A stretch of 64,000 nt of DNA, from assembly GCA_030157865.1 (NCBI GenBank), contig JAOATY010000010.1, forward strand, positions 3,987-67,986. Reading direction: 5' to 3'. The notes under the pieces are model-generated. The model made no database searches. It saw nothing but the letters and a program-made list of their open reading frames with translations, and was not told the origin of the DNA. A program made the position numbers and the translations under genes. Shown in pieces: positions 1 to 12,600 of this stretch (position 1 is the stretch's first letter; each line of letters opens with the position of its first letter). This DNA is from Candidatus Nanopelagicales bacterium. Lineage in GTDB: Bacteria > Actinomycetota > Actinomycetes > S36-B12 > UBA5976.

Positions 1-449
1 ACCTGGGTTGATTGCGTAAGTACGATGCCGGTGCCAACTCCAAGTGGCCTACCTTCAACTAAAAAGCATTCATCGCCAAAACAATTTCGGCTCGATACAT
101 CTCTTCCGTTAATAATGGTTTCTGCTTGCTCTTTGGTGAGAATCTTTGGATCAGATGTGCCTGGAACCAGGGCTAAGACTTCAACACCTTGAGCATTTAA
201 GTAAGCAACGATTCCCGACAAGGCTCGCGCGTCAACACCTTGACGATTTCTATTGTCATCTAGGTCGAAGTCTTCAGGTGCTACCGCAATGTCGCGAACC
301 AAGTCGGCCTGTCCAGACAGGTTTACTCGCGCCTGCCTCTCCGCTGCTCCATTGATGAGTGGCAGCGCAACCAACCCTGCAATCAAAACCGCAATCGCGG
401 CTACAGATCCGGTCAAAATTGCTGCTCGAGCTGAAAGTGATTTAAACAT
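1..449 (-). CDS. Sensor histidine kinase, N-terminal part (runs off window)
   Basis: ATG at 449 opens MFKSLSARAAILTGSVAAIAVLIAGLVALPLINGAAERQAR..., an N-terminal TM helix plus extracytoplasmic segment, 9 nt downstream of an OmpR-family regulator. The kinase core is outside the window. Confidence 0.7.
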   Translation of the reverse strand, partial: MFKSLSARAAILTGSVAAIAVLIAGLVALPLINGAAERQARVNLSGQADLVRDIAVAPEDFDLDDNRNRQGVDARALSGIVAYLNAQGVEVLALVPGTSDPKILTKEQAETIINGRDVSSRNCFGDECFLVEGRPLGVGTGIVLTQSTQ

Positions 450-458
450 TTTTGCCCG

Positions 459-1142
459 TCACGCAATTTCTACTGAGTAGCCAACGCCACGTACTGTGCG
501 AATCGGATCATGTTTTCCAAATTTAGAACGAAGTTGCGCGATGTGAACGTCAACTGTTCGAGTTCCAACGATCGAAGAATATCCCCAGACATGACTTAAC
601 AACTGATCGCGACTGAATACTCGACCAGGTTGTGACATTAGATATTCCATCAAATCGAATTCGGTAGCTGTTAAGGAAATTTCTTCGCCAGCTAGAAGTA
701 CTCGACGCGTATCTGAATCAAGTGAGACTTCTCCGACTACAACTGGGCCAGCCCCGGTTTGAACTAGATTCGTGCGGCGCAAGACTGATTTAACTCTGGC
801 TACAACTTCACGCGGACTAAATGGTTTGGTGATGTAGTCATCGCCACCCATTTCAAGTCCCAAAATTCGATCGACTTCATCATCTCGAGCTGTGCAAAAA
901 AGAATTGGCGTCCAAATTCCAGAATTTCTCAAGTCTTTACAAACATCAACACCATCGATACCAGGTAAGCCAACATCCAAAATTATTGCTACTGGATGCA
1001 ATGTTTTGGCCGCTGACAATCCAGCAATGCCATCTGATTCAACTTGAACGCCAAAGCCTTCTCGACTCAAGTACATCCGCAAGATGTCAGCAATTGGTTT
1101 TTCGTCTTCAACGACTAAGACCAGGCCTTTAGATTCGCTCAT
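459..1142 (-). CDS. OmpR/PhoB-family response regulator
   Basis: Receiver motifs VVEDE, ILDVGLP, DDYITKPF; winged-helix C-terminus RTVDVHIAQLRSK...RTVRGVGY. Confidence 0.96.
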   Translation of the reverse strand: MSESKGLVLVVEDEKPIADILRMYLSREGFGVQVESDGIAGLSAAKTLHPVAIILDVGLPGIDGVDVCKDLRNSGIWTPILFCTARDDEVDRILGLEMGGDDYITKPFSPREVVARVKSVLRRTNLVQTGAGPVVVGEVSLDSDTRRVLLAGEEISLTATEFDLMEYLMSQPGRVFSRDQLLSHVWGYSSIVGTRTVDVHIAQLRSKFGKHDPIRTVRGVGYSVEIA

Positions 1143-1164
1143 AACCCAAGTCTTTCAGTCAATA

Positions 1165-1204
1165 ACCAAGCCTTGGCCAAGACTTTGTTAAGAATGTGTC
1201 AAGA
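1165..1204 (-). promoter_or_regulatory. Four 11-bp-periodic direct repeats, putative OmpR-family autoregulatory boxes
   Basis: Minus strand TCTTGAC-N4-TCTTAAC-N4-TCTTGGC-N4-GCTTGGT directly upstream of the response regulator. Confidence 0.6.
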
Positions 1205-1212
1205 AAAGTGAA

Positions 1213-1413
1213 CTACTTTTGCTTTCCGTAACCCATTAGGGCCAAGACTTTGCCAGCAATGGCAGCGACTGGAAGTAGCGCAACGCCAATCCAGAAAACC
1301 ATTGGTGATGCGATTACGACGCCAATGCAACCAACCAAGAAGGCGACCATTGCAATACCTACTGCAGTCCAAGCTGCAACTGTGTGGCCGTGATCTTCGT
1401 GTGATTCTGACAT
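1213..1413 (-). CDS. HGxxPAAW-family small membrane protein
   Basis: HGHTVAAW motif followed by two TM helices; usual neighbour of actinobacterial trpE. Confidence 0.85.
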   Translation of the reverse strand: MSESHEDHGHTVAAWTAVGIAMVAFLVGCIGVVIASPMVFWIGVALLPVAAIAGKVLALMGYGKQK

Positions 1414-1460
1414 TGCGTCTCCTTAACGTGATTCTGTACTCAGTCTAACTGCTGACTGAA

Positions 1461-2012
1461 TTAACTCGGGATTGTTGGGTCGATTCCTTGATCCAACGCC
1501 TGCCAAGGCGTTAATTCTCTATCCTGTGACGGTTTGCGCTCATAGCGCTGTGACATCCCAGATTCAAACGACTTAAGCATGATCGCCAAGCCACAAAGTG
1601 CAACAAGAACTCCAGCAGGAATTACTAAGTATGCGTAGTTTGTGGTTTCGGCAGCCCAACCTGAAACTTCACGTCCAATTGCCTGCTCAAACTGTTCACC
1701 AACAAATTGGTCCAAGTTACGGGTCAAGTTAAATGTCGAAATCACAATCCCGATGCCAAGTGCAAGTATCACGGCGCCAACTAATCGCCGAAAGATCCCT
1801 CGGGTGGCAATTGCACCTAATGCAGAAGCAATTGCAGCTATTGCGAGTCCATTAAGTGTGGCGTTTAACTCATTGGCACTAAGACTTAAGTTGACTGTGG
1901 GAAATCCGGTTTCCGAGTATGTAGCAACTACCCAAGGTCGACCTAGCGCAACCAAAACTGCAATTGAAGAAATCAGTTCAATCGTTATCAAATTTCGCAG
2001 TGATAACTTCAT
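1461..2012 (-). CDS. Trp biosynthesis-associated membrane protein
   Basis: Several TM helices, C-terminal MSQRYER...WQALDQGIDPT motif, ATGA overlap with trpE. Confidence 0.88.
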   Translation of the reverse strand: MKLSLRNLITIELISSIAVLVALGRPWVVATYSETGFPTVNLSLSANELNATLNGLAIAAIASALGAIATRGIFRRLVGAVILALGIGIVISTFNLTRNLDQFVGEQFEQAIGREVSGWAAETTNYAYLVIPAGVLVALCGLAIMLKSFESGMSQRYERKPSQDRELTPWQALDQGIDPTIPS

Positions 2013-3562
2013 GCGTTGTTGCTCACCAAAGAATTTGCCACTGCTACTGCATTAAGTACGGCCATAGCTTTTGCCTGACATTCGGCGTCTTCACTTTCTG
2101 GAATCGAATCCGCCACAACGCCAGCACCGGCTTGAACAAAAGCAACTTCGTTCTTGATTACTGTTGAGCGAATCGCAATTGCAGTGTCGATGTTTCCAGC
2201 AAAATCAAAGTACCCAACACAGCCGCCGTATACGCCGCGCTTAGATTTTTCCAGCTCCTCAATAATCGTCATAGCCATTGGCTTAGGTGCGCCCGAAAGA
2301 GTTCCCGCTGGGAAAGTCGCTGCAACTAAATCAAAGGCGCTAACTTCAGGATCGATTTGTCCGATGACAGTAGAAACAATGTGCATAACGTGACTGTATT
2401 TTTCGATGCTCATGAAGTCAGTAACTTCAACAGTTCCCGGCAAGCAAACTCGACCTAGATCGTTTCTGCCCAGATCCACCAACATCAAATGTTCCGCACG
2501 CTCTTTTTGGTCAGCCATTAAATCGGCTGCATTTGCATCGTCTACTTGAGGCGTTTCACCGCGTGGTCGGGTTCCTGCAATTGGATGCAGCATTGCTTCA
2601 CCATTGCGAAGAGTTACCAAAGCTTCAGGACTTGATCCAACAACATCAAAAGCTACTTTGGTGCCAAGTTCTTGACCTGGGCCGGTTAATTCTGGAATTC
2701 GGAATAAGAACATGTAAGGACTTGGATTTGTGGCACGTAAAACCCGATAAACATCTAGCGCTGATGCTTGGCATGGTGTGGCGAATCGTTGGCTCAAAAC
2801 AATCTGAAAAGCATCTCCGGCACGGATGCGCTCTTGCGCAATCTTCACGGATTCTTGATACTCCGCCGCGCTGGTTTCGCGAGTAAATTCTGCCTTGGCG
2901 CTGCGATCAAAACTTGATGCACTTGATGGTGCCTGACTTCCTAAAGCGGCCTCCATCGCATTTAATCGATTCTCGGCATCGATCCAAGCTTCATCAACGC
3001 GTTCATCGGAATTGTCATAATTAATTGCATTTGCAATTAACGTCACGGTGCCATCTTTGTGGTCAAGAACTGCAAGGTCAGTTGCAACCAACATTGCCAG
3101 CTCTGGCAACTCGAGTACATCAGCCGTTTCGTTTGGAAGCTTTTCAAGGCGACGAACTATGTCATAACCCAGGTAACCAACTACTCCACCAGTTAGCGGC
3201 GGTAAATCCTCTTCGGTAATTCCCTCGTTAACGCCTGGTGTAAAGAGAACATCTAAAGTTTCGCGCAGTGCTGCGATTGGATCGCCAGTTGCCGGCACAC
3301 CTTGTGGAACTTTTCCAGACCAGAGTGCTTCACCATTGCGCTCGGAAAGCATCGCAGAACTTGCTACACCAACAAATGAGTAGCGTGACCATGATCTTCC
3401 GTGTTCAGCCGATTCAAGAAGAAAAGTTCCTGCACGTTCGTCAGCAAGTTTTCGATACAGCCCAAGAGCAGTTTCGCCATCGGCGAGCAACTTTCTAAAT
3501 ACTGGAATTACGCGACGATCTTGAGCAAGCTTGCGGAAGGCTTCGAGGTTTGGAGTTGTCAT
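2009..3562 (-). CDS. trpE: Anthranilate synthase component I
   Basis: [48 protein letters not shown]. Confidence 0.97.
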   Translation of the reverse strand: MTTPNLEAFRKLAQDRRVIPVFRKLLADGETALGLYRKLADERAGTFLLESAEHGRSWSRYSFVGVASSAMLSERNGEALWSGKVPQGVPATGDPIAALRETLDVLFTPGVNEGITEEDLPPLTGGVVGYLGYDIVRRLEKLPNETADVLELPELAMLVATDLAVLDHKDGTVTLIANAINYDNSDERVDEAWIDAENRLNAMEAALGSQAPSSASSFDRSAKAEFTRETSAAEYQESVKIAQERIRAGDAFQIVLSQRFATPCQASALDVYRVLRATNPSPYMFLFRIPELTGPGQELGTKVAFDVVGSSPEALVTLRNGEAMLHPIAGTRPRGETPQVDDANAADLMADQKERAEHLMLVDLGRNDLGRVCLPGTVEVTDFMSIEKYSHVMHIVSTVIGQIDPEVSAFDLVAATFPAGTLSGAPKPMAMTIIEELEKSKRGVYGGCVGYFDFAGNIDTAIAIRSTVIKNEVAFVQAGAGVVADSIPESEDAECQAKAMAVLNAVAVANSLVSNNA

Positions 3563-3906
3563 TGACTTACCTCGGGATGCGTTACTGAATCATCAAAACA
3601 AGTTCGGTTGCCAGTGTGGCAAGCTGCGCCGGATTGATCGACAGTTAGCAACAAAGTATCGCTGTCACAATCCTTGGCTAGCGAAATAACTCTTTGGTGA
3701 TTTCCTGAAGTTTCGCCTTTAACCCAGATTTCGGAACGACTCCGACTCCAATAAGTAGCTTTGCCGGTTTCTAGAGTTTGCTTAACGGTCGCCGAGTTCA
3801 TCCAAGCAACCATCAGGACTTCGCGGGTATCCACCTGCTGAACTACTACTGGGATTAAACCTTGGTCGTTGAACACTAAGGTTTCAACGAACGGCGAACT
3901 CTCCAT
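3559..3906 (-). CDS. hisI: Phosphoribosyl-AMP cyclohydrolase
   Basis: [29 protein letters not shown]. Confidence 0.97.
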   Translation of the reverse strand: MESSPFVETLVFNDQGLIPVVVQQVDTREVLMVAWMNSATVKQTLETGKATYWSRSRSEIWVKGETSGNHQRVISLAKDCDSDTLLLTVDQSGAACHTGNRTCFDDSVTHPEVSQ

Positions 3907-3991
3907 ACCTCTATTGTGCCTTGATTAAAGAAAGTAGTCGAAATCGGGATTCTTAGCGCTTGGAAATCGAATCAATGACTACTGGATCTAG

Positions 3992-4753
3992 TTAGCGAAC
4001 TTCTTCCCCACTGCGGGCAAGTTCGTCCTTTACTTCTTGAATCGAAATTTCATTAAAGTGAAAAACGCTGGCCGCTAAAACCGCATTCGCGCCTGCCTTA
4101 ACAGCTGGAGCGAAATCAGAAAGCTTGCCAGCGCCACCGCTGGCAATTACAGGAATTTCAACAGCGGCTCGAACTGCCGAAATCAATTCCAGGTCGTAGC
4201 CGTTCTTAGTGCCATCGGCATCCATGGAATTAAGCAACACTTCTCCAGCTCCACGTTCGGCAGCTTCAATAATCCATTCGATTGCATCACGACCACTACT
4301 GTTTCGACCGCCATGAGTTGTGGCTTCGAATCCACTTACAGATTCCTTGTTGCGCCTGACATCCACTGAAATCACGACACACTGGTCGCCAAATCGTTTT
4401 GCTGAGTCCGAAATCAATTCCGGGTTTGCAATTCCCGCCGTGTTGATTCCAACTTTGTCGGCGCCAGCTCGAAGCAGTTGATCTACATCGGAAACCGTTC
4501 GAACTCCACCACCTACTGTTAACGGAATAAAGAGTTGGTCGGCGGTCTTGCGAATCATTTCGTAAGTTGTTTCGCGATTAGAGCTTGATGCAGTGATATC
4601 TAAAAACACAAGTTCGTCTGCGCCTGAGTTTCCATATCGTCGAGCGAGTTCAACTGGGTCACCCGCATCATTAAGGTTTTCGAAATTAACACCCTTGACA
4701 ACGCGGCCCGCATCAACGTCCAGACACGGAATCACTCGAATTGCAACACTCAT
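3992..4753 (-). CDS. hisF: Imidazole glycerol phosphate synthase cyclase subunit
   Basis: [36 protein letters not shown]. Confidence 0.97.
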   Translation of the reverse strand: MSVAIRVIPCLDVDAGRVVKGVNFENLNDAGDPVELARRYGNSGADELVFLDITASSSNRETTYEMIRKTADQLFIPLTVGGGVRTVSDVDQLLRAGADKVGINTAGIANPELISDSAKRFGDQCVVISVDVRRNKESVSGFEATTHGGRNSSGRDAIEWIIEAAERGAGEVLLNSMDADGTKNGYDLELISAVRAAVEIPVIASGGAGKLSDFAPAVKAGANAVLAASVFHFNEISIQEVKDELARSGEEVR

Positions 4754-4756
4754 TGG

Positions 4757-5506
4757 CTAAGCCTGTGGTCCTGACACTTCAATCGCTTCTTCAAGTGTGA
4801 AAGCGCGGGCATAAAGTGCCTTGCCAACAATTGCGCCTTCGACGCCACTTTCCGTCAGTGTGCGAAGTTCAATCAGGTCATCAAGAGTTGCGATGCCACC
4901 GCTAGCAATTACTGGCATGTTTGTTCGTTCACACATTTGCTTCAGCAAGTCGACATTAGGTCCGCGTAATGTTCCATCTTTAGTTACGTCAGTAACGACA
5001 TATCGTTGGCAACCATCTGATTCCAAGCGTTCCAAAGTTTCCCAGATGTCGCCGCCTTCTTTGGTCCAACCGCGGGCAGCGAGCACTGTGCCACGTACAT
5101 CAAGTCCAACTGCAATTCGATCACCGAATTCACCGATAACTCTTGAAGTCCATTCTGGATCTTCCAAAGCTGCAGTTCCCAGGTTTACTCTGCGGCAACC
5201 AGTAGCCAGCGCTGCGCGAAGTGATTCATCGTCTCGGATGCCACCAGAGAGTTCGACATTTACATCTAGCTTGCCAATTACTTCAGCAAGTAAATTTCTA
5301 TTTTCACCACGACCAAATGCCGCATCAAGATCTACCAAGTGGATCCACTGTGCGCCGCCGGCCTGCCAATCAAGTGCAGCCGCTAGCGGGTCACCAAAGG
5401 ATGTTGCACTATCTGCTTCACCTTGAACTAGGCGTACCGCTAAACCATCTGCAACGTCTACAGCAGGTAACAGAATTAGGGATGTCATTTGATTCTCCGA
5501 TTGCAT
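4757..5506 (-). CDS. priA: Bifunctional HisA/TrpF phosphoribosyl isomerase (PriA)
   Basis: [39 protein letters not shown]; the start may be the second Met (MTSLIL). Confidence 0.93.
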   Translation of the reverse strand: MQSENQMTSLILLPAVDVADGLAVRLVQGEADSATSFGDPLAAALDWQAGGAQWIHLVDLDAAFGRGENRNLLAEVIGKLDVNVELSGGIRDDESLRAALATGCRRVNLGTAALEDPEWTSRVIGEFGDRIAVGLDVRGTVLAARGWTKEGGDIWETLERLESDGCQRYVVTDVTKDGTLRGPNVDLLKQMCERTNMPVIASGGIATLDDLIELRTLTESGVEGAIVGKALYARAFTLEEAIEVSGPQA

Positions 5507-5516
5507 GTACTTAAGT

Positions 5517-6152
5517 TCATTTGATTGCTGATATCCAATTCGCCAATAATGTCAGACCGGCTTCGCCTGATTTCTCAGGATGAAACTGAGTTGCCCAGAG
5601 CGGTCCGTTTTCAACGGCTGCGACGAAATCTTCACCATGATTTGCCCAACTAACTTTGGGCGCAGCTAACATTTCGTGCGGATCCAATTCCCATTTGCGA
5701 GCTGCATATGAATGGACGAAATAGAACCGTTCACTTTCAATGCCACTAAACATTTGAGTTCCTGACGCGGCAGAAACGTTATTCCATCCCATGTGCGGGA
5801 GAACTGGTGCTTCAAGTTTCTCTACGGTGCCCGGCCATTCATTTAGACCCTCAAAGAATGAATCACCAGAATGCTCGGTACTTCGTTCAAACAAAACTTG
5901 CATGCCTACGCAAATACCAAGCACAGGTCGTCCACCAGCCAAACGTCGACCAATGATTTGTTCGCCACGAACATTTTTGATGCCTTGTACGCATGCTGCA
6001 AATGCCCCGACACCAGGAACTAGTAAGGCATCAGCCGCTAAGGCTTCATCGAAGTCGGCAGATATCGAAACTTTCGCGCCGGTAGTTTCAATAGCGCGTT
6101 GTGCCGACCTTACATTTCCTGATCCGTAGTCAAGAATGACAACAGAAGTCAC
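5517..6152 (-). CDS. hisH: Imidazole glycerol phosphate synthase glutaminase subunit
   Basis: DYGSGN, PGVGAF, GICVGMQ, FYFVHSY, QFHPEKS. Confidence 0.97.
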   Translation of the reverse strand: MTSVVILDYGSGNVRSAQRAIETTGAKVSISADFDEALAADALLVPGVGAFAACVQGIKNVRGEQIIGRRLAGGRPVLGICVGMQVLFERSTEHSGDSFFEGLNEWPGTVEKLEAPVLPHMGWNNVSAASGTQMFSGIESERFYFVHSYAARKWELDPHEMLAAPKVSWANHGEDFVAAVENGPLWATQFHPEKSGEAGLTLLANWISAIK

Positions 6153-6155
6153 GAG

Positions 6156-6743
6156 TTAGAGACTTCCCTTTGTTGAAGGTACGTCTAATACTCGTGGGTC
6201 GATTGCAACCGCATCTCTTAGTGCGCGAGCGACAGCCTTGAATTGAGCTTCGCTCACGTGATGTGCATTTCGGCCACTAAGGATTCGGATGTGAATGCAA
6301 ATCTGGGCTGTAGCAATAATTGATTCCCAAATGTGGCGAATCAAAGTTGTATCGAAAGTTCCGATTAACTCAACAATTTCTGGTTGTTCATGAACTAGGT
6401 ATGGTCGGCCGGAAAGATCTACTGCGGCATGGCAGGCAGTTTCATCCAATGGAACATAGGCATCACCGAAACGTCGGATACCAACTTTGTCACCGAGTGC
6501 AGCGCGAATAGCCTCGCCGACTGCTAACGAAGTGTCTTCAACAGTGTGATGTGAGTCCACATCAACATCGCCCTTAGTCACAACCTTCAGATCAAAGCCA
6601 CCGTGTCGACCTAGCTGGGAAAGCATGTGGTCAAAAAATGGCACGCCAGTTTCAATGTCAATCTGTCCTGTGCCATCTAAGTTCAATTCAACAAGAACTG
6701 AGCTTTCTTTGGTGGTTCGCTCGATGCGTGCGGTGCGGGCCAT
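6156..6743 (-). CDS. hisB: Imidazoleglycerol-phosphate dehydratase
   Basis: FFDHML, DSHHTVED, NAHHVSEAQFKA, PSTKG. Confidence 0.97.
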   Translation of the reverse strand: MARTARIERTTKESSVLVELNLDGTGQIDIETGVPFFDHMLSQLGRHGGFDLKVVTKGDVDVDSHHTVEDTSLAVGEAIRAALGDKVGIRRFGDAYVPLDETACHAAVDLSGRPYLVHEQPEIVELIGTFDTTLIRHIWESIIATAQICIHIRILSGRNAHHVSEAQFKAVARALRDAVAIDPRVLDVPSTKGSL

Positions 6744-6747
6744 TTGA

Positions 6748-7839
6748 TTACTTTCCGTTAGTTCGATTAGTTACTTGAGTTAGTGCCGTTTTAAATGCGA
6801 GGTTTTCATCTGGAGTTCCAATGCTGACTCGCAGCCAACCCTCGGGGCCAGTTTGGCGAATCAGAACACCTTGCTCTACCAATTGTTCCCATACAAGGTT
6901 GCGATCGCCAAATGTTCCAAATAGTAGGAAGTTTGCTCCACTAGGTGCAACTTCAAAGCCTTGCTCAGATAGCCAGGCAGCTAAGTCGTCGCGCTCTTGG
7001 CGCAGCAATGCCACTTGACTCTGTAGTTGGTCGCTGAAGCGCAGGGCAACTCGGGCAGCAGCCTGAGTGATTGAAGATAAGTGATACGGCAATCGAACTA
7101 ATTGAATTGCATCAACGATCTCGGGGCTAGTGGCCGCGTAACCCACACGTGCACCTGCATATGAGAATGCCTTGCTCATGGTTCTAACAACAACTAAACG
7201 TGGGTTGGCTTGAAGTCGAGATACGGCAGAAGGTGTGCCAGCAGGCCTAAATTCGGCATATGCCTCATCAACAATTACTATCCCTGAGAATTTGTTTAGC
7301 AAGTAATCAATTTCAGCAACATCTATTACGGTGCCTGTTGGGTTATTAGGTGAGGTTAAAACAATGATGTTGGGATTTAGCGCCAGCGCGCTGTCAATTA
7401 CTTTTTGATCAATCGAGAAATCTTCGTTGCGCGAAACACTCAAGTATTTGGTGAATGTGTTTCGGCAGTAGTCCTCGTACATCGAATAAGTGGGATCAAA
7501 CGCAACCAAAGTCTTGTCTGGTCCACCAAAAAGCTGGAGCAGTTGCTGCATAACTTCATTCGAGCCATTAGCTGCCCAGATATTCTCGGCCGTTAAGTTA
7601 ACTTGGCTCTCACCATTTAGGTACTTTGCTAGATCAGCGCGAAGTACTTTAGCGTCACGATCTGGGTAACGATTCAAGTTTGAACCCAAATCAGCAACAA
7701 CCTTTGCTAGTTCAGCAACTAGCTCGGCAGATGGCCCAAATGGATTTTCGTTTGTATTGAGTCGCACCGGCACATCAATTTGTGGAGCGCCGTATGGCGA
7801 GCGACCAACTAGATCTTCACGAATTGGCAACTGGGTCAT
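6748..7839 (-). CDS. hisC: Histidinol-phosphate aminotransferase
   Basis: [33 protein letters not shown]. Confidence 0.97.
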   Translation of the reverse strand: MTQLPIREDLVGRSPYGAPQIDVPVRLNTNENPFGPSAELVAELAKVVADLGSNLNRYPDRDAKVLRADLAKYLNGESQVNLTAENIWAANGSNEVMQQLLQLFGGPDKTLVAFDPTYSMYEDYCRNTFTKYLSVSRNEDFSIDQKVIDSALALNPNIIVLTSPNNPTGTVIDVAEIDYLLNKFSGIVIVDEAYAEFRPAGTPSAVSRLQANPRLVVVRTMSKAFSYAGARVGYAATSPEIVDAIQLVRLPYHLSSITQAAARVALRFSDQLQSQVALLRQERDDLAAWLSEQGFEVAPSGANFLLFGTFGDRNLVWEQLVEQGVLIRQTGPEGWLRVSIGTPDENLAFKTALTQVTNRTNGK

Positions 7840-9143
7840 TTTGCGCGAATTTCGATCGCTGCAGCGTGACCTGGCAAGCCTTCCGAGTTAGCAAGTGTGA
7901 TTACCGTTTGGGCGATTTCACTTAATGCAGTCTCGTTGTATTCGACATAGTGCACACCTCGTAGGAACGACTGCACAGAAAGTCCTGATGAGTGGCAAGC
8001 GCAACCGCCAGTAGGTAAAACGTGGTTGGAGCCAGCTGCGTAGTCCCCTAGCGAAACTGGAGACCAATCTCCTACGAAAATTGCTCCAGCATTGTTAACG
8101 CGCATTGCAACTTCCGAAGCATTGCGAGTGTGAATCTCTAAGTGCTCGGCAGCGTAGGCATCGACAACCTTTAACCCATGATCAAGATCGTCAACCAGAA
8201 CAAAAGCGCTCTGCTGACCCGTTAGTGCAATTCGAATTCGATCCTTGTTCATATTTAGAGGTACTAAACGTTCAAGACTTGCTCGCACTTTATTGATCAA
8301 GTCTTCGCTATCTGTTACTAGAACAGATGCGGCAACTTCGTCATGCTCAGCCTGGCTAATCAAGTCGGCGGCCACAAAGTCTGGATTAGCGGAATCGTCT
8401 GCCAAGATTGCAATTTCGGTTGGTCCTGCTTCAGAATCGATTCCGATTAAGCCCTTAAGCATTCGCTTTGCAGCAGTGACATACATATTGCCTGGACCGG
8501 TCACTAAGTAAACCGGTTCAATTTCAACATCACCAGTTGCTCCGTAGGCCATTAATGCAATTGCTTGTGAACCACCAGCTGCATAAACCTCAGTCACCCC
8601 AAGTAATGCACATGCCGCCAAAATTGTTGGGTGCGGCCAGCCACCAAATTCTTTTTGTGGTGGTGAACAAACAACTAAGGATTCAACGCCGGCGATCTGT
8701 GCGGGAACAACATTCATAATTACGCTACTTGGGTACACGTAATTGCCACCAGGAACATAAAGCCCTACGCGCTGCACCGGTAACCATCGCTCAGAAACAG
8801 TTCCACCTGGCGCCACAGTTACTGTGGTGTCGCTTCGGCGTTGGTGTTCATGAACTTTTTGAACTCGTGCAATTGCATCGATAAGTGCTGCTTTAATCTT
8901 CGGATCAAGTTCTTGAAGTGACTGGTCAACAACTTCTTGTGGCACTCGAATCTGAGGAGCACGGACTCCATCAAATTTCTCGGACCAGTCTTGAACTGCA
9001 GCTACTCCGCGGTCTCGAACATCTTCAATAATCGGGCGAACTTGTTCAACAACGGAATCAAGGTCGAACTTGGCGCGTGGCACTAGATTTCGCAGATCTG
9101 ACGCTCGTCGGGATCCGCCTCGTAAATCTAGGGTTGATAACAT
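7836..9143 (-). CDS. hisD: Histidinol dehydrogenase
   Basis: [48 protein letters not shown]. Confidence 0.97.
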   Translation of the reverse strand: MLSTLDLRGGSRRASDLRNLVPRAKFDLDSVVEQVRPIIEDVRDRGVAAVQDWSEKFDGVRAPQIRVPQEVVDQSLQELDPKIKAALIDAIARVQKVHEHQRRSDTTVTVAPGGTVSERWLPVQRVGLYVPGGNYVYPSSVIMNVVPAQIAGVESLVVCSPPQKEFGGWPHPTILAACALLGVTEVYAAGGSQAIALMAYGATGDVEIEPVYLVTGPGNMYVTAAKRMLKGLIGIDSEAGPTEIAILADDSANPDFVAADLISQAEHDEVAASVLVTDSEDLINKVRASLERLVPLNMNKDRIRIALTGQQSAFVLVDDLDHGLKVVDAYAAEHLEIHTRNASEVAMRVNNAGAIFVGDWSPVSLGDYAAGSNHVLPTGGCACHSSGLSVQSFLRGVHYVEYNETALSEIAQTVITLANSEGLPGHAAAIEIRAK

Positions 9144-9187
9144 AATTCAAAGTTTAACTTGATTTTGGTGGCATAGGATTTGTTGCT

Positions 9188-9661
9188 ATGGCCACCGGTA
9201 CTCCAGCGACGAAATTACTCGCATCAGCAGGAGTTCATTACGTTGAGCACGAATACACACACGATCCAAACTCCACTTCGTTTGGGCTAGAAGCGGCCGA
9301 AAAGCTTGGTGTGGATCCAAATCGAGTATTTAAAACCCTGATTGCCAACGTGGATGAGACTTATGCGGTTGCAATCGTCCCTGTTAGCCAACAAGTAAGT
9401 CTTAAGGCACTTTCTCGAGCACTCGGTGCAAAGCGCGCAACTATGGCAGATCCAGCCCAGGCCGCTCGAATGTCTGGATACGTAGTTGGCGGGATTAGTC
9501 CACTGGGCCAAAAGCGACTGCTCACTACTGTGATTGATCAGTCAGCCAAAGAATTTGAAACCATTTTGGTTAGTGGCGGTCGACGTGGCTTTGATATTGA
9601 ACTTTCACCAATTGCGTTGGCTGATCTACTGTCTGCTGTTTTTGCTGAGATTGCTAGTTAG
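9188..9661 (+). CDS. ybaK: Cys-tRNA(Pro) deacylase YbaK
   Basis: TPAT, VFKTL, GYVVGGISPLGQK, VSGGRRG. Confidence 0.93.
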   Translation: MATGTPATKLLASAGVHYVEHEYTHDPNSTSFGLEAAEKLGVDPNRVFKTLIANVDETYAVAIVPVSQQVSLKALSRALGAKRATMADPAQAARMSGYVVGGISPLGQKRLLTTVIDQSAKEFETILVSGGRRGFDIELSPIALADLLSAVFAEIAS

Positions 9662-12600
9662 TTTGTAAAACTGGAGCTTCCAAACACGAAGCACCAAGTA
9701 AGGCTTTTAAGTCGGCAAACAACGAAGGTGATGGCGCTACGCGCAATTTGTCATCTGTTTTAACTGAAACGAATTTATCTGCCTGGACAACGGTTAGGTG
9801 AACTTCAGTTGTTCCTGGGTGCGCACTCAAAATTTGGCGAAGCGAATCCATTACAGCAGCGTTTACGCGAGTCTCTGGAATGTAAACATTTACTGGACCT
9901 GAATGAGCCGCACTGATATCTGGAACTGAAACTTCAAGGGCAGCAACGCGCGGTCCTTCATCATCTCGCTTGTCGATTCGAACCTTCATAAGCAAGATGG
10001 CGTCATCGTTTAGCAAAGTTGCAAACTTTGTAAAAGTGTTAGGCCAAACCATAACTTCGACAACACCTTCAAGATCTTCAAGCGCAACAATTGCCCAGCG
10101 ATCACCAGATCGTTTCGTAGTCTTTAACTGAACACTGCTGACTAGCCCCCCGAGAGTTACAACTGCGCCATCAGAGGCATCTGCAACTCCAGAGATCGGC
10201 ATCGATGTGCTCATTGCCAAAACATGTTCGACGCCAAACAGTGGGTGGTCGCTGACGTAAAGACCAAGCATGTCTCGTTCTTGCGCGAGCAAAGTTTTCT
10301 TGTCCCACTCATCTGACGAGATGTTTACTTCAACGCCACCAATTGCATCATCGGAGAAATCATCCGAAGTTCCAAATAAATCAAACTGGCCAATTGCTTC
10401 AGCCTTCTTGGTATCAAGGACTGAATCAACCGCTTCTACGTGTACTGCAAATAAACCGCGTCGAGTGTGACCAAGTGAGTCAAAGGCGCCAGCCTTAATA
10501 AGGGATTCAATTACTCGCTTATTACAAACTTGAACATCCACTTTTGTTAGGAAGTCACCAAATGAAGTGAATCTACCTTTTTCAACCCGACTTACCTTCA
10601 AAGATTCAACGACGTTAACTCCGACGTTGCGAACTGCGGCAAGACCAAAACGAATGTCAGTTCCGATGGCAGTGAAATCTACATCTGATTCATTGACATC
10701 AGGCGGCAAAACCTTGATACCCATGCGACGGCATTCATTTAGGTAAACCGCGGACTTGTCCTTGTCGTCTTTGACGCTGGTAAGTAATGCGGCCATGTAT
10801 TCAGCTGGGTAATTGGCCTTTAAGTAAGCCGTCCAATAAGACACCAGACCATAGCCCGCGCTGTGAGCCTTATTAAATGCGTAGTCAGAGAACGGAACCA
10901 GTGTTTCCCAAAGTTTATTGATTGCAACTTGGGCAAAGCCGCGTTCTTTCATGCCAGCTTCGAACGGAACATATTCCTTATCGAGAATTTCTTTCTTCTT
11001 CTTACCCATAGCTCGGCGTAAAAGGTCTGCTTGTCCAAGGGTGTAGCCGGCAACTTCTTGCGCAATAGCCATAACTTGCTCTTGATAAACAATGAGGCCG
11101 TAGGTGTCGCCCAAAATTCCGGCAAGCGGCTTTTCTAGATCTGGGTGAATTGGAACTTGAGCTTTGCGCTTGTTTTTGTAGTCCGCATAATCAGTGTGAG
11201 CGTTAACACCCATTGGACCTGGTCGATATAAAGCTAGAACCGCGGAGATGTCCTCAAAGTTGTCAGGGTTCATCGAACGCAGCAGTGATCGAATCGGACC
11301 GCTATCTAATTGGAAAACACCCAAAGTATCGCCGCGGGCCAATAGTTCATAAGTCTTCGGATCATCCAGTCCAAGCTCTTCTAGAACTACTGTTTCATCG
11401 CGGTTTGATTTGATGTTCAACAAAGTGTCATCAAGCACAGTTAGATTTCGAAGTCCCAAGAAGTCCATCTTTAGAAGGCCTAGAGACTCACAGGCACCCA
11501 TATCGAACTGCGTAATAACTGCGCCGTCTTGATCTCGTCGCCAAACCGGCAAGACATCAATCAATTCTTCTTTACACAAAATCACCCCAGCTGCGTGCAC
11601 GCCTGGCTGTCGCTTTAAGCCTTCGATGCCTCGCGCAGTATCAACAACTGCGCGAACGTCTGCGTCGTCGTCGTAGAGGTCTCGGAATTCGCCAGCCTCA
11701 CCATAGCGATCATGTTCTGGATCGAAGATTCCAGAAAGTGGAATGTCCTTGCCCATAACACCTGGTGGCATTGCCTTGGTGATCTTGTCACCTAATGCAT
11801 ATGGGAAACCGAGTGCGCGAGTGGAGTCTTTTACGGCCGCCTTCGCTTTAATCGATGCATAAGTAATGATCTGGGCAACTCGTTCTTCACCGTACTTTTG
11901 CGTTGCATAGCGAATCATTTCGCTGCGTCGACGTTCATCAAAATCGATGTCGATGTCGGGCATCGAGATTCGTTCTGGATTCAAAAAGCGCTCGAAAAGC
12001 AAGCCGTGCTGAATTGGATCAAGTTCAGTGATGCCTAATGCCCAGGCAATTAATGCGCCCGCTGCAGAACCACGGCCAGGTCCTACGCGAATACCTTCTT
12101 CGCGGGCATGGCGACAAAGGTCAGCAACCACTAAGAAGTAACCCGGGAATCCCATTTGTTCGACAACGGCAAGTTCAAACTTCGCACGCTCGAGGTGCTC
12201 TTTAGGAATTTTGTTGCCATTAAATCGGCGCTCTAATCCGATCTGAACTTCTTTAACTAGCCAAGTGTTTTCAGTTTCGCCAGCTGGAACTGGGAAGGAA
12301 GGCAGCAGGTCCTGACCCTCAACAAAATTAATGTTGCAACGCTCGGCAATTAACAACGTGTTGTCACAAGCATCAGGAAGTTCGCGCCAAACTTCGCGCA
12401 TTTCTGCAGCAGTCTTTAAGTAGAAGTCTTGAGCATCAAATTTAAATCGCTTTGGATCATCCATGGTTGCCCGAGTTCCAATGCAAAGCAGCACTTCGTG
12501 CATCCGGGCATCTTCTGGGTAAACGTAATGAAGATCGTTTGTTGCCACTAACTTCAGATTCAAAGTCTTGGCAATCTTTAGCAAATCTTCACGGTGACGG

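Noticed and set aside
3559-9143. his cluster lacking hisG/hisE, and no trpF or trpG
   Set aside because: Usual actinobacterial layout: PriA covers TrpF and the others are normally encoded elsewhere
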